Assembly: GCA_951406725.2 (NCBI GenBank)
Contig: OX597822.1
Location: 35,030,001 to 35,094,000, forward strand
Direction: 5' to 3'
Source: Octopus vulgaris
Taxonomy: Eukaryota
Length of the DNA stretch: 64,000 bases
Positions 1 through 11,716 of the stretch are shown in pieces. A program made the position numbers and the translations under genes. The stretch's first letter is position 1; the number at the start of each line of letters is the position of its first letter. A model generated the notes under the pieces. The model worked only from the letters and a program-made list of their open reading frames with translations, was not told where the DNA came from and did not search any database.

Positions 1-145
1 GGTAACATGTAACACAGTACAACCTGTTGCATGGTCGGGTTGTAGGCGATTAAACTATCAACGCCACCAAGCTTACTTGGTGAGGAGAGTGATTTGGACA
101 CCCTATCAAAACCCGTCAAAGGGTGGAGAAGGTCATAAGAGTCAA

Positions 146-686
146 ATTGAATATTTAAGGGTTGGAGATGGAGAAGAGTCTAGAGCTAGAAGCAAAAAAA
201 AGAGAACGAAAGGTGAATAGAGGAAAAAATTGAAAAGATTAATATAATAGAGATGATAGTCGCTGAAAGATATATATGTGGAGGTGCATTGGCCCAGTGG
301 TTAGGGCAGTAGATTCGCGGTCGGAGGATCGTGATTTCGAATCCCAGACCGGGCGTTGTGTATGTTTATTGAGCGAAAACGCCTAAAGCTCTATGAGGCT
401 CCGGCAAGGGGTAAGTGCGACCCCTGTTGTACTCTTTCACCCCAACTTTCTCTCACTCTTTCTTCCTGTTTCTTGCGTAACGCTGCGACGGACTGGCGTC
501 CCGTCCAGCTGGGTGGGGGGAACACATACGCCATAGAAACCGGGAAACCGGGCCCATGAACCTGACTAGGCTTGAAAAGCGCGCATAAAAAATTTAAAAA
601 AAGATATATATATAAATGTGAATGAGTTTTGCTTTCTTGTTTTTTGCGGGATGTCACCTTCAAGTAGAAGAATTAAGCACGGTCAG
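146..686 (+). repeat. Left arm of a ~540-bp inverted duplication (partner 4132-4675)
   Basis: Reverse complement aligns along its whole length with 4132-4675, including ~135 bp upstream and ~85 bp downstream of the embedded SINE; roughly 90% identical by eye. Confidence 0.92.
280..602 (+). mobile_element. tRNA-derived SINE (family C) with V/Nin-like central domain
   Basis: A box TGGCCCAGTGG, B-box-like GATTTCGAATCCC, central CTGCGACGGACTGGCGTCCCGTCCAG, A-rich tail; flanked by direct repeat AAAGATATATAT (TSD-like). Confidence 0.85.
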
Positions 687-1890
687 TGTGTATATAGAGA
701 AGGTAACCTCAGTGACGCCATGGTCAAGGCGACGTTATGGGAAGCAACATGGTGGATGCGAACTTTAGCGTATTGATCTGCAGAGAAATCTTAGATTTCT
801 CTCTGCGGCTTATTGGTTCAATTGTTAAGCTAATTCCTTCAAACATTGTATTTCTAAAAACAAAGTGACACAACGTACAGGTACAAAATAATATTCTAAC
901 TGGAGTGTATGAATATGATAATACTCTAAGTCTAGGATATTTTCGTTGGCTGTCTTTCTTTTTTTCTAATAAAATGTTGTGTCGAAGTTATTAGCCTTCT
1001 ACGACTTCACTGCTTCCTGTAGTTTTCTTTCCGTTGACAAACTATCGACTATAATATTTCCATAATTCAAATTCTCCAAAAGTTTAATCAGAACCGAACC
1101 TTGTTTTATATGCATAACAGAATAAACAAGCATCTATGCTCGAGAAAGGACTATGTTGTCGAAACAGAAACAGCTTTCAATCAGATAATTGAGCTTCCGT
1201 TCATAGCACAACATAGCAAGAATATAATTTCTATCCTAGACAAGGAATAATGAACCGGAAGTGGGTCGAAATTTTGTGTAATAACCTAAGACGATATTCA
1301 ATTTGCTTTTAATAAAGTCTGGTTGATAGTACTGCCCATTCGTATGTTTTCTGTAATCCAATGTTGTACAGATGACGGATGTCACATGATAATGGCAAGT
1401 ATCTAACAAGATGAAGCAATTACTTATGATGATATACATGCACACACTCACACACACACACTCACACGCACACACACACACACACACGCACACACACAGA
1501 GACACATATACGTACGTGTAGGTGGATGTGTTAGTGTGTGTGTGTGCGCACGCACGTACGTAGGTGTCTGCAATTATATTTAACGTGTTTCTAAACAGTC
1601 GAACCAAGAAAGGCCTTTGCTATGGAATTTACACCCACACGCCTAAACCCCACCACACACATAAATACACACATAAATACATACATATATATGTGTGTGT
1701 GTGTGTGTGTGTATGTGCATATACATACATATATATATATATATATAATCATTATTATTATTATTATTTTACGCATTTTAGAAAAATGTAATTATCAAAA
1801 GAACTTCCTAAAAAACTCAAATTATAGGGGTAATCGCGTTCAGTTGTCCACAACCTTGCTCAATCCCTTGCATGATCTATGTCGCTGTGA

Positions 1891-2006
1891 ATATTGGTTT
1901 CAAATTTTGGCACAAGGCCAGCAATTTCAGGCGAGGAAGTAAGTCGAATACATCGTCCCAAGTGCACAACTGGTAATTATTTCATCAACTACGAAAAGGT
2001 GAAAGG
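1891..2006 (-). mobile_element. SINE family A 3' fragment
   Basis: Reverse complement resembles CCTTTCATCCTTTCGGGGTCGAT...GTACCAGTT...GCTGGCCTTGTGCCAAAATTTGAAACC of other copies. Confidence 0.7.
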
Positions 2007-2346
2007 AGTCTGTGAACATTATGTGGACATTAACACAAATTCAGTAAACCATCTATTCGGAACGCCTAAACTGAGGAGGTCAACGATGGGACTTGGATGG
2101 AGACGGGCAATAAATACAATGCGGTGATAACTGATTGTTTGAGATGAGAGGATAGGTGTAGGAGAGAAAGAGAAAGTGTGATAGATATAGAGATATGTCT
2201 TACATTAAGAAGCTCAACCTTGCTCAGACTCGCTCGTGTATTGGTCAATATTTATAAATGCAAAGAGGAATTTAATATCATCCAATGTTCCAGTTCTCTT
2301 CCATTCGTCTAGCATGCGGTGCCCATCATGTAATTTAAAAGAAAAA

Positions 2347-2580
2347 ATAAAATAATAATAATAATGAAATTATTGTATACAGTGCTCAGGTGCACCACAA
2401 CTTGTAAAAAAGTGCATATAAAGTATATGCAGTAATGTACAAATGTCTGGAAAGCGAACAGTGTGTGAGTCAGATACATTCTTACGTGTGTATGGAGGGG
2501 AGAAAATCGGGTGTAGTGTTGGCGAATCTCAGGAAGCATGGAAGTTTTGAAGGATGCAGTGCTCCGACAACTAACAACTA
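2347..2580 (-). mobile_element. CR1-group LINE 3' end with (ATT)n tail
   Basis: Minus strand encodes VVSCRSTASFKTSMLPEIRQHYT, homologous to the C-terminus of the 41698-42144 ORF (VVDCHDTASFKALMLSEIRRHYT); shares terminal TACAGTGCTCAGGTGCAC and an AAT tail. Confidence 0.8.
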
Positions 2581-4131
2581 CGTGTCGTATTTCAAATAGG
2601 ATCGAAACTTAGTCTAATGTATAAAGCGGTGGGACTTTATTTTTAAGATTTATATTTATCTCTATGAATTTTCTACAGAATTCAGAGCCAACACTGCATG
2701 TTACGAAGTTTCTTATACAGAAAAACCATTATATGCATGCACATGTTCTACCAAGATTTTGTGGGGGAGCATTATACCACATTATTTTTCTATTTCTATT
2801 TTTCCATTAGTGTAGGCCTTACAAAAAATTTTTCCATATGTGCGATGATAATATTCTTCTCTATAAATCTGCCATTTACATTTTAGCTTACATTTTCGAC
2901 GTCCATTACGAGAATGCTTACATAGTATTCTAGTGTTCTTGAGATGGCATAATATTAAAATTCATTGTCTTTAAAATAGAATTCCATAATAAAAAAAAAG
3001 TTAGAAGAAAACTATTCATTTTCCTATTCCGGTACAAATCAAAACAAACATTGTTTTAAATATTCAAACTTTTACATTCAGACCTGTATATTTTTGCTTG
3101 TCTTATATTTGTGTAGAGACGTAATTTCCCTGTAAGGTCCTGTATATAGTTTGCTACTCGACTATAATTTTAAATAATATATTCCAGAAGAAAAGCGAAG
3201 AGGCTTTCGAAATAATCACCATGCATCTATCTTCAGAGAATAGGAACATTCATTCCATTTCCAATATTTTATCGAAAATGAACACACATAAATATATAGG
3301 CATACGCTTATGTGTGTGAGTGTTTGCGCGCGGATACGTGTGTATGCGTGTGTGTGTGTGTGTGTGTTTGTATGTATGTGCGTATCTGCATGTATTTAAG
3401 TTGCTAAGTATACGTTTCTATGTACACATGAATGCGTGTATAAATAAATATACATACACAGACATCCTTATATAAAAGCACACTTACACACACTCACGAA
3501 AACACAAACGCGCACACACACACTCACACACATTTATATATGTGTGCATTTATTGAAAATGGACACACATAAATATTTAAGTATACGCTTATATATTTGA
3601 GTGTGTATTAATGCGTATGTGTGTATGTCTTTGCATTTGTTTCCATATATACATGAATATGTACATGTGGTTGTATATATAATTAAATTTGTATATACAT
3701 ACATCCTTACATAAAAACATACACATATACATATGTACATGCATACATACATGCATTTGTGCGTACGTGTTTGAGTTCGTGTGTGTGTGAGTATAGAAAA
3801 ATTATCACGGGCAATATAGCAAGATCTAAACACACTGGACTCGATATAAACAAGATAACCATGTCACTGAATTAGCAACTGACCGAAAGTCACAACAATC
3901 TCGGCGCATTTGATCAGCACACCTGGGATCGCATCTGAAGCAGTTAACAACACTATACAATAATAAACGAAATTTTGCTTAGGATGCATTTACGAATGAT
4001 ATTAAAACGGTAGAGCCTTTCTACGAGAGAGATATTGAACAGTAATTTTTATCAATGAAAGAGATAGTTACCTGGACCTTCGGTCAACAGGTGTTGCTTA
4101 TCTTGTATCTACCTGTTGTATGTCCTGCCTG

Positions 4132-4675
4132 CTGCCCGTGCTTAATTCTTCTACTTGAAGGTGACATCCCGCAAAAAACAAGAAAGAGAAACTCATTCAC
4201 ATTTATATATATCTTTTTTTTTTATTTTTTCGGCGTCCTTTTCAAGCCTAGCCAGGTTCATGGGCCCGGTTTCCCGGATTCTATGGCGTATGTGTTCCCC
4301 CCCCCCAGCTGGACGGGACGCCAGTTCATCGAAGCGTTACTCAAGAAACAGGAAGAAAGAGTGAGAGAAAGCTGGGTTGAAAGAGTACAACAGGGGTCGC
4401 ACTTACCCCCTGCCGGAGCCTCGTAGAGCTTTAGGCGTTTTCGCTCAATAAACGTACACAATGCCCGGTCTGGTAATCGAAACCACGATCATCCGACCGC
4501 GAATCCACTGCCCTAACCACTGGGCCAATGCACCTCCACATATAAATCTTTCAGCGACTATCATCTCTATTATATTAATCTTTTCAATTTTTTCCTCTAT
4601 TCACCTTTTCTCTTTTCTCTTTTCTTTTCTTCTAGCTCTAGACTCTTCTCCATCTCCAACCCTTTTTTATTCAAT
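4132..4675 (-). repeat. Right arm of inverted duplication, containing SINE family C copy (4214-4537, minus)
   Basis: Reverse-complement match to 146-686; same SINE at the same insertion site with the same flanks. Confidence 0.92.
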
Positions 4676-5100
4676 CTTAACTTGTCCACATCGTCTTTCG
4701 TTTTGCCATAATACTAATTTTACTGCCTGTCTTACGTTGTTCTTTTACATTTCTCATGTGTTTATTGATCACTTCATTCTTCATGCTCTCTTTTTTTCGT
4801 CTCTAATATCTCGCTACCTACATTCATTTCATCTTAGTGTTACTCTGCGCAATTGTCTCCCGTTCATTGTTACTCGTTTCCTTTCTGGCTGAAAGATATG
4901 AGAATTCGGTATCCTTCGTAACTTTGTACCGTATTCTGATAATAGAGACATCAAGCGATTCTCTCGTTCATTCGCTCGATGTCTTTGATGATAGAGAAGA
5001 GACAATTGTCTTGTTTCAATTGTCATCGAGTTCGGGCGCAATGATGTTCAGCAAAAATTCTGTTGATTAAGGCACGAAATTCAAGCAAAAGATGATCAAA

Positions 5101-5304
5101 TTCTTTTACTTGTTCAGTCATTTGCCTGCAGCTATGCTGGAGCACCGACGTTGGTCGAACAAATCGACCCCAGAGCTTATTCTTTGTAACCCTAGTACTT
5201 ATTCTATCGGTGTCTTCTGCTGAACCGCTAAATTACGGGGACATAAACGCACCAGCATTGGTTGTCAGGCGATGCTGGAGGGACAAACACAGACACACAA
5301 ACAT

Positions 5305-5372
<68 letters not shown>

Positions 5373-5571
5373 GTATATATATATACATATATATATATAC
5401 ATATATACGGCGGGCTTCTTCCAATTTCCGTCTACCAAATCCATTCACAAGGCTTTGGTCGGGCTGAGGCTATAGTAGGAGACACTTGCCCGAGGTATCA
5501 GGCAGTGGGAATGAACCCGGAACCATGTGGTTGGTAAGCAAGTTACTTACCATGTAGCTATTCCTACGCCT
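5101..5571 (-). mobile_element. SINE family B (tRNA-derived, internal (TA)n/(TG)n)
   Basis: Reverse complement of the 14814-15280 type copy: tRNA-like head, internal microsatellite, GCTCCAGCAT...ACAAGTAAAAGA tail. Confidence 0.88.
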
Positions 5572-5819
5572 ACCGTATGGTTTATATCGCACTGTTTATA
5601 TCGTACCCTGTGTGTGTTTACATGTCCACTCTTAATTTTACTTCAACGCCACGCAAGTATTTTCTCTCTTTATCTCACTCTCTCTCTCTCTCTCACCCTC
5701 TCTCTTTCAGCCACACCACTCTCTATATATACCTCCCTTTCCATCTATCTTCTACACTCTCTCTTTCGCTCCATCCTTCCTTCCTCTCTCCTTTTATCAT
5801 CCACTCTCCCTCGCTCTTG

Positions 5820-5887
<68 letters not shown>

Positions 5888-6049
5888 TGCGGCATTGCTT
5901 TGAAGAAATTTTAGTCGGAGGAATCTATCCCAGTACTTAAGTCTTTTAACCCTGGTACTTAACCTAATATTCGTTGAAGAACTGCCAAACTAATGGAACG
6001 TAAGCACATCAACACCGGTTGCCAAGTGGTGGTAAGTGACTGACGCACA

Positions 6050-6102
6050 CACATATGTATATGCAGACACGCATATATATATATATATATATACACACAG
6101 AC

Positions 6103-6135
<33 letters not shown>

Positions 6136-6146
6136 CTTATATATAT

Positions 6147-6187
<41 letters not shown>

Positions 6188-6238
6188 CTTATATATATAC
6201 ACACACACATATATATATATACATATACTTATATATAT

Positions 6239-6273
<35 letters not shown>

Positions 6274-6570
6274 CTTATATATACACACACACACGCATGC
6301 ATATATATATATATATATATATATACATACATATACTTATATATATACACACACACGCACACACATATATATATATATATACATATACTTATATATACAC
6401 ACACACACATATATATATATATACATATACTTATATATACACACACACACATATATATATATATATACATATATATACACACACACACACTATATATATA
6501 TGTATTATATATATATATATACATATACTTATATATACACACACACATATATATACATATGCATATATAC

Positions 6571-6603
<33 letters not shown>

Positions 6604-6610
6604 TATATAT

Positions 6611-6641
<31 letters not shown>

Positions 6642-6666
6642 CATATATAAATATATATATACATAC

Positions 6667-6701
<35 letters not shown>

Positions 6702-6706
6702 CATGG

Positions 6707-6746
<40 letters not shown>
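6050..6746. repeat. ~700-bp compound (TA)/(CA) microsatellite with higher-order units
   Basis: Recurrent unit (AC)n(AT)nACATATACTT(AT)n; begins at the internal microsatellite position of a partial SINE B (5885-6050). Confidence 0.95.
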
Positions 6747-6749
<3 letters not shown>

Positions 6750-6953
6750 AAGGTAATTCAAACAAGAAAGCACAAAAAAAACATAACAACGCGAGGACGT
6801 GGAACAAATATAGTATTATTGGACGCTCAGTAAAGAAGGAAAGAAGGAGGGTTTAACATTTCGAGCGGAGCACTTCGTCGGAAACATAGGAGAAGGAAAG
6901 ATCCAGAGAAGGGAAGAGAGAGGAAAAAAATCGCCAACTGTACACACGCGGTC
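6747..6953 (-). mobile_element. Penelope-like terminal repeat (pLTR) fragment
   Basis: Pyrimidine-rich minus strand with a hammerhead-like motif followed by GAGCGT..TAATA and a T-rich end running into (TA)n; same layout as 8450-8600 and 51900-52075. Confidence 0.6.
6851..6885 (-). ncRNA. Minimal type I hammerhead-like motif (decayed)
   Basis: Minus: GTTT-CCGACGA-A-GTGC-TCC-GCTC-GAAA-TG-TT-AAAC; stem I GTTT/AAAC perfect, U4->C in core, one mismatch in stem II. Confidence 0.55.
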
Positions 6954-7833
6954 AGGCGATATCAAGCAGTTCCCAGAGTAGTTCCGTAGCACACCAACAG
7001 ATGGCAGGAGACCGTTGCCCAGTCAAAGCTAGCTTGACCTTCATGAGGCAGTGTCCTTGTGACATTGCTGCGTTTACTTCGCAAGTTGTGAAATTTGTGC
7101 TTTTGTCACCACCTGTATGCTGTAGTCTGCGATTTTGTCATCGACAGCAGGAAAGAGCGAACGTGAAATGTTGCTTTAGACTTAGCAAGTCTGTTACAGA
7201 GACATTGAGCATGCGTCAGCGACGAGGCAGTGGGTAGTACTCGATGTTTTGAGTGGCACTACCCCTTCAAAAACAGCAGAACGTCCCTGAAAGACGATGA
7301 ACGATCTGGAAAACCCGCCGCGAACGGCACCCACAGAAATGTGGCATTGTACATCGCCAATTCATCTCTCAGGGCCAGATTGCCAATCGAGAGTTGTACT
7401 GCGACATTTTGAAGCATTTGATTCAGGACATGCGGCAAAAGCGACCGGATCCATGGAGGGCAAAGAATTAGATTCTTCACCGAGCACTCTTCGTTGGTGC
7501 TTATCTCGCCGAAACCAGCATGGTATCACTTCCACACCCACCATATTTGCCAAAATATTGACCTACATATTTCCATCTCTTCCCCAAGATGAAAATCCAG
7601 CTCAATGGTCACCATTTTGACACCGTTGTCGAGATCCCGAATGAATCGCAAAATGTCCTCGACTTGTTTACGGAAAACGATTTCCGGGCTTGATTAGAAA
7701 AGTGGCAGGAGCGCTAGAACCGGCGTATTGCTGCGGGAGGTGTTTCTTTCGAAACAGATGATGTTAAATCTTAAGTAAATGAGTTATATTTCATTAAACG
7801 TAATTAGTCCGAGAACATTTTGATACCGCCTCC
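6954..7833 (+). mobile_element. Internally deleted, degenerate mariner transposon
   Basis: Translations ERANVKCCFRLSKSVTET, CFEWHYPFKNSRTSLKDDERSGKP, LPHPPYLP, FHLFPKMK, EKWQER; imperfect TIRs AGGCGATATCAAGCAGTTCC / GAGAACATTTTGATACCGCCT. Confidence 0.88.
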
Positions 7834-7897
7834 AATATATACGATGGGCAACTTTCAGTTTCTGTTTACCAAATGAACTCCCAACACTTTTGTTGGC

Positions 7898-7959
<62 letters not shown>

Positions 7960-8284
7960 CGTGTGTGTGTGTGTGTGCGTGTGTGTGTGTGTGTGTGTGA
8001 TGTATATAATTATTTAATGTACACAGCATATAGTTATGACCTATTAATAGTTGCATATGGTGGCGATGGATTTTAGTCAGTTTTTAATATCACGCTAAAA
8101 GTAAATCATATCACGCTAAAAGCATATCCATTGTATGAAAATATTAGTAATTCATAAGTATGCCCTATGTAAATTAAGGGATATTTATCTCTCACCAGCT
8201 GGAGTACATTTTGACTGATCTTACCTTAACCGAAAAATTAACTCTATTTATCTATCTACTTAATGCATAAATACACATATATAA

Positions 8285-8337
<53 letters not shown>

Positions 8338-8339
8338 GA

Positions 8340-8354
8340 GAGAGAGAGAGAAAG

Positions 8355-8446
<92 letters not shown>
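8340..8446. repeat. (GA)n-(GATA)n microsatellite
   Basis: Direct reading; similar (GATA)n arrays at 14260-14346, 52656-52741 and 57936-58009. Confidence 0.95.
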
Positions 8447-8493
8447 CGCTAGCCACTAAATCTTTTCTATTTTCTCTGTTAATTTCTACATTC

Positions 8494-8529
8494 CTTTCTG
8501 TCGAAGAGTGTAGGCTCGAAACGTAAAAG
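8494..8529 (+). ncRNA. Minimal type I hammerhead-like motif in a PLE-type terminal repeat (8450-8600)
   Basis: CTTT-CTGTCGA-A-GAGT-GTAG-GCTC-GAAA-CG-TA-AAAG; stems I and II pair, core has A6->U. Confidence 0.6.
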
Positions 8530-8597
8530 ACTTTCTCACTTCGGAAGCGCTAATGTAATACATCTGTTTGTTGTTTACACACTCGTTTTGTAAATTC

Positions 8598-8656
<59 letters not shown>

Positions 8657-9476
8657 CACGTTATGCTTCAAAGCATATATACATATATACATGTACATAA
8701 AGATATACAAATATTATATCTATCTACCTATATATATATATATATATATCAGGGGCGACTAAATCGGAATCTTCATTCATAGATTTTGCATAAAATACAT
8801 ACCTTCTCGAAGAATTTGACATTTTCCCGCAATATTTCTAGCCCCAAATGCCTTATTCTTTATATCTAGCACTATGTTTTTCTCCATTTCTAAGTTAAGT
8901 TTTGAAATAAATCAACCCTACACAACACAACTGTTCTTTACTCACAGACGCACACAATAACAGCAATCAAATAACTACAGCGGAGTGCACAGTATCAGAG
9001 ATCTGACTGCCGTCTGTACTCTCGACAAGACACGCCAGTTAGCCTCTTACACCTACCAAGCTAGTTCGTATCAGCCCGAGTTGCTGGATAATATTCCGTT
9101 CCTTTAAGAATATTGTAGAACGAAACATTTTCAAAGACTGGAATTTAAATCCTAATCTCTATAGAAACTCATTGATTCAATAAAACATTGAATTTGAATT
9201 ACTTTTAATTGTAACGATTTGTGAACGATGTCGAGAGAACGTCATCTAGAAAAGATATTGTTTTTGATGCAGGGCACCGCCAAGACGACCGCCAAACGCT
9301 GAACAAAAATAAATGAACTACGACGAGGCTCAATAAAAAGAGCCCCAGTTATGGGCTGCAATTACTTATTTAAAATCAGTGGTGGCAGAAATTAAATCAG
9401 CTTGCTTATACCCGTTCACATTCCTTAAATTTATACATCGAATTAAGCCCAAACAGCATGAGTACTGTATTCGCCA

Positions 9477-9516
<40 letters not shown>

Positions 9517-9526
<10 letters not shown>

Positions 9527-9655
9527 TGCGGGTACTACTATTCGTAGATACCAACACGCTAAGAGGGACCAATTCGGTCAAAACTACTTTTTGACCGCAT
9601 TAGTCCCTCTTAGCGTGTTGGTATCTACGAATAGTAGTACCCTCAATATAATATA
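9517..9655. repeat. Near-perfect 139-bp palindrome (fold-back)
   Basis: 67-bp arms with 3 mismatches around a ~5-nt loop CTACT; left arm starts in a (TA)n tract. Confidence 0.95.
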
Positions 9656-9755
9656 AATGAATATTTTCAAAGAAGAAGAATTTACGGATTTTTCTCTTAC
9701 GAGGTTTTTCACGCTGACTACTGATAATTTCTTTTAAAGATTTTATCCTCAATTG

Positions 9756-9802
<47 letters not shown>

Positions 9803-9804
<2 letters not shown>

Positions 9805-10391
9805 CCCCTGTCTCTTTTTTCTCTCTCTTCTCCTCCTCCTTAATTCCTTGTTCCTCTTTTCTTTCTCTTCTCCCCTCCTTAATTCCATCTGTCCCTCTTT
9901 TCCTCTATCTTCTCTTCACGCGTAACTGACTGACCGACTGCTGGCCTTTTGGAGTCTAGCAGCGGTTGCGGTAACATCAACATTTTTTTTTCTGCTACAA
10001 CGCACATTCCTAACTCGCCACCTGAGTTTAATTCGTCTAGTCGAAAGACGCCTGTTTGTGATGTCCTGTTATTGTTATTTTATTATTATTATTGTTTCTA
10101 CGTATTATTATTATTGTTTTTACGTATTATTTTTGTATTTATATTCGTGTAATATCGTCCGTTTTTCCGTCCTTGTTTTGTAGACATTCGAAGCTTTCTT
10201 CCAAGGAGACTAATGCGCTTAGCTTAGTTTTTCCTTGGGGCTGGCCAGATTGGAGTAATCTCAAGATTAATCAGCCGAAATTTCGAGGATGATTCGGTTC
10301 TTGACTGAAGATTGAAGGCTTCGAATGTCCCGTCCGTGTTTTTTGTATCGTCTCCTAAATGTTTTGCGTTCTTGTCCCAGTTTGTATTTTC

Positions 10392-10392
<1 letters not shown>
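9803..10392 (+). mobile_element. Unclassified structured repeat inserted between (TA)n tracts
   Basis: Pyrimidine-rich start, hairpin at 9933-9967, multibranch fold at 10183-10329, T-rich end, microsatellite on both sides. Mobile nature is inferred. Confidence 0.5.
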
Positions 10393-10437
<45 letters not shown>

Positions 10438-10994
10438 TGCTTCAGTCATGTGATTGTGGTCATGCTGGGGGTACCGCTAAGTTACGGAGACGAAAACTCA
10501 CCAATACCAGTTATCAAGTAAAGGTAAACACATACACAAACACGCATATTATGCTTATGTCTTCAAGTTCGTAATTCCAATATTCATATGTAACATCATA
10601 TAAATGAATTACACTTATCAATAATAGTTTGTCCATCATTGTCTCCTAACCGACTGCACATGTGTGCATGCGTGTGTTAGTATATATATATATATAATGT
10701 ACGTTTCTATACTCACGCACATTAATCATTCTTATTCATCCACTCTAAAACTTTATTTCTTGAAACTACAAGTATCCTTAAGTAAAATATATAGACAGGC
10801 TATTAGTAAATGGAACACTCAAAGGTAAGAAAATGTAAGCTACGTATATTCAAAAGTGTATAGTGTATGCAATACAATTTACAAAGCACTGGATACCATT
10901 TCTTGGTGCAATATTATATAAGCACATACACACTCACGTGCAGGTACACGTACACACAGAGAAACACCCACTTACGTACGTATATATCTAGGTG

Positions 10995-11038
<44 letters not shown>

Positions 11039-11188
11039 ATGAGAGGGAGGGAGGGATGGAGGGATAGATAGATAGATAGATAGATAGATAAGTAGATAAA
11101 TTCATGTGAATACACATGTGAATGTATACATTTGTATCTATCTATCTGTCAATCTACCTATCTATACACACCCACACACACATGCAGA

Positions 11189-11232
<44 letters not shown>

Positions 11233-11542
11233 TATAGATCGATAGATTATACGTATAAATTCTTTTATTATTTTACCTGTTTCAGTCATCCGACTATATA
11301 TAAACACGCACTCATGTACATTTATTTCAATATTGCCAGTATTTCGTTGAACTAGAGGAAGTTTTATGTATAAATACATAGATTGAATATGAATACAAAG
11401 AATTAATTACTGAAAGTTATGTAGTGACTTATACGCTGTGTATATTTACAATTTTTATTGAGTACAACATACAACTCGTAATTTGTTTTATTCATTGCTG
11501 TTCAGTGCCTTTTCTTATTCATGCATACATACATACACATTG

Positions 11543-11716
11543 ACGAGGTCTGGCCAATAAATATCCAAAGTGTTGCCATAGTAACGACGCTAAAGTATGC
11601 ACAGTGAAGCAGCTTGGCTCAGATTGACCTTGAACACCGCTGTGCTTGCGCACTATGTTTTAACGATCTAGCTCACTTCGGCTGTTTACAGCAGTGCTTG
11701 GAAGGAAGGTGTATAA
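11543..11716 (+). mobile_element. Possible mariner-like 5' end relic
   Basis: Begins ACGAGGTCTGGCCAATAAATATCC, resembling mariner TIRs; no partner TIR found. Confidence 0.35.

Noticed and set aside
280-355. tRNA-like sequences at SINE heads (also 14814, 32980, 45330, 62815)
   Set aside because: A and B boxes are present but each continues into a SINE body and tail; no complete cloverleaf with terminator, so not called tRNA genes.
6036-6856. Long ORFs (up to 231 aa) of [12 protein letters not shown] composition here and at 17451, 20662, 34988, 38719, 52279 and elsewhere
   Set aside because: Translations of dinucleotide/tetranucleotide microsatellites that lack stop codons; not genes.
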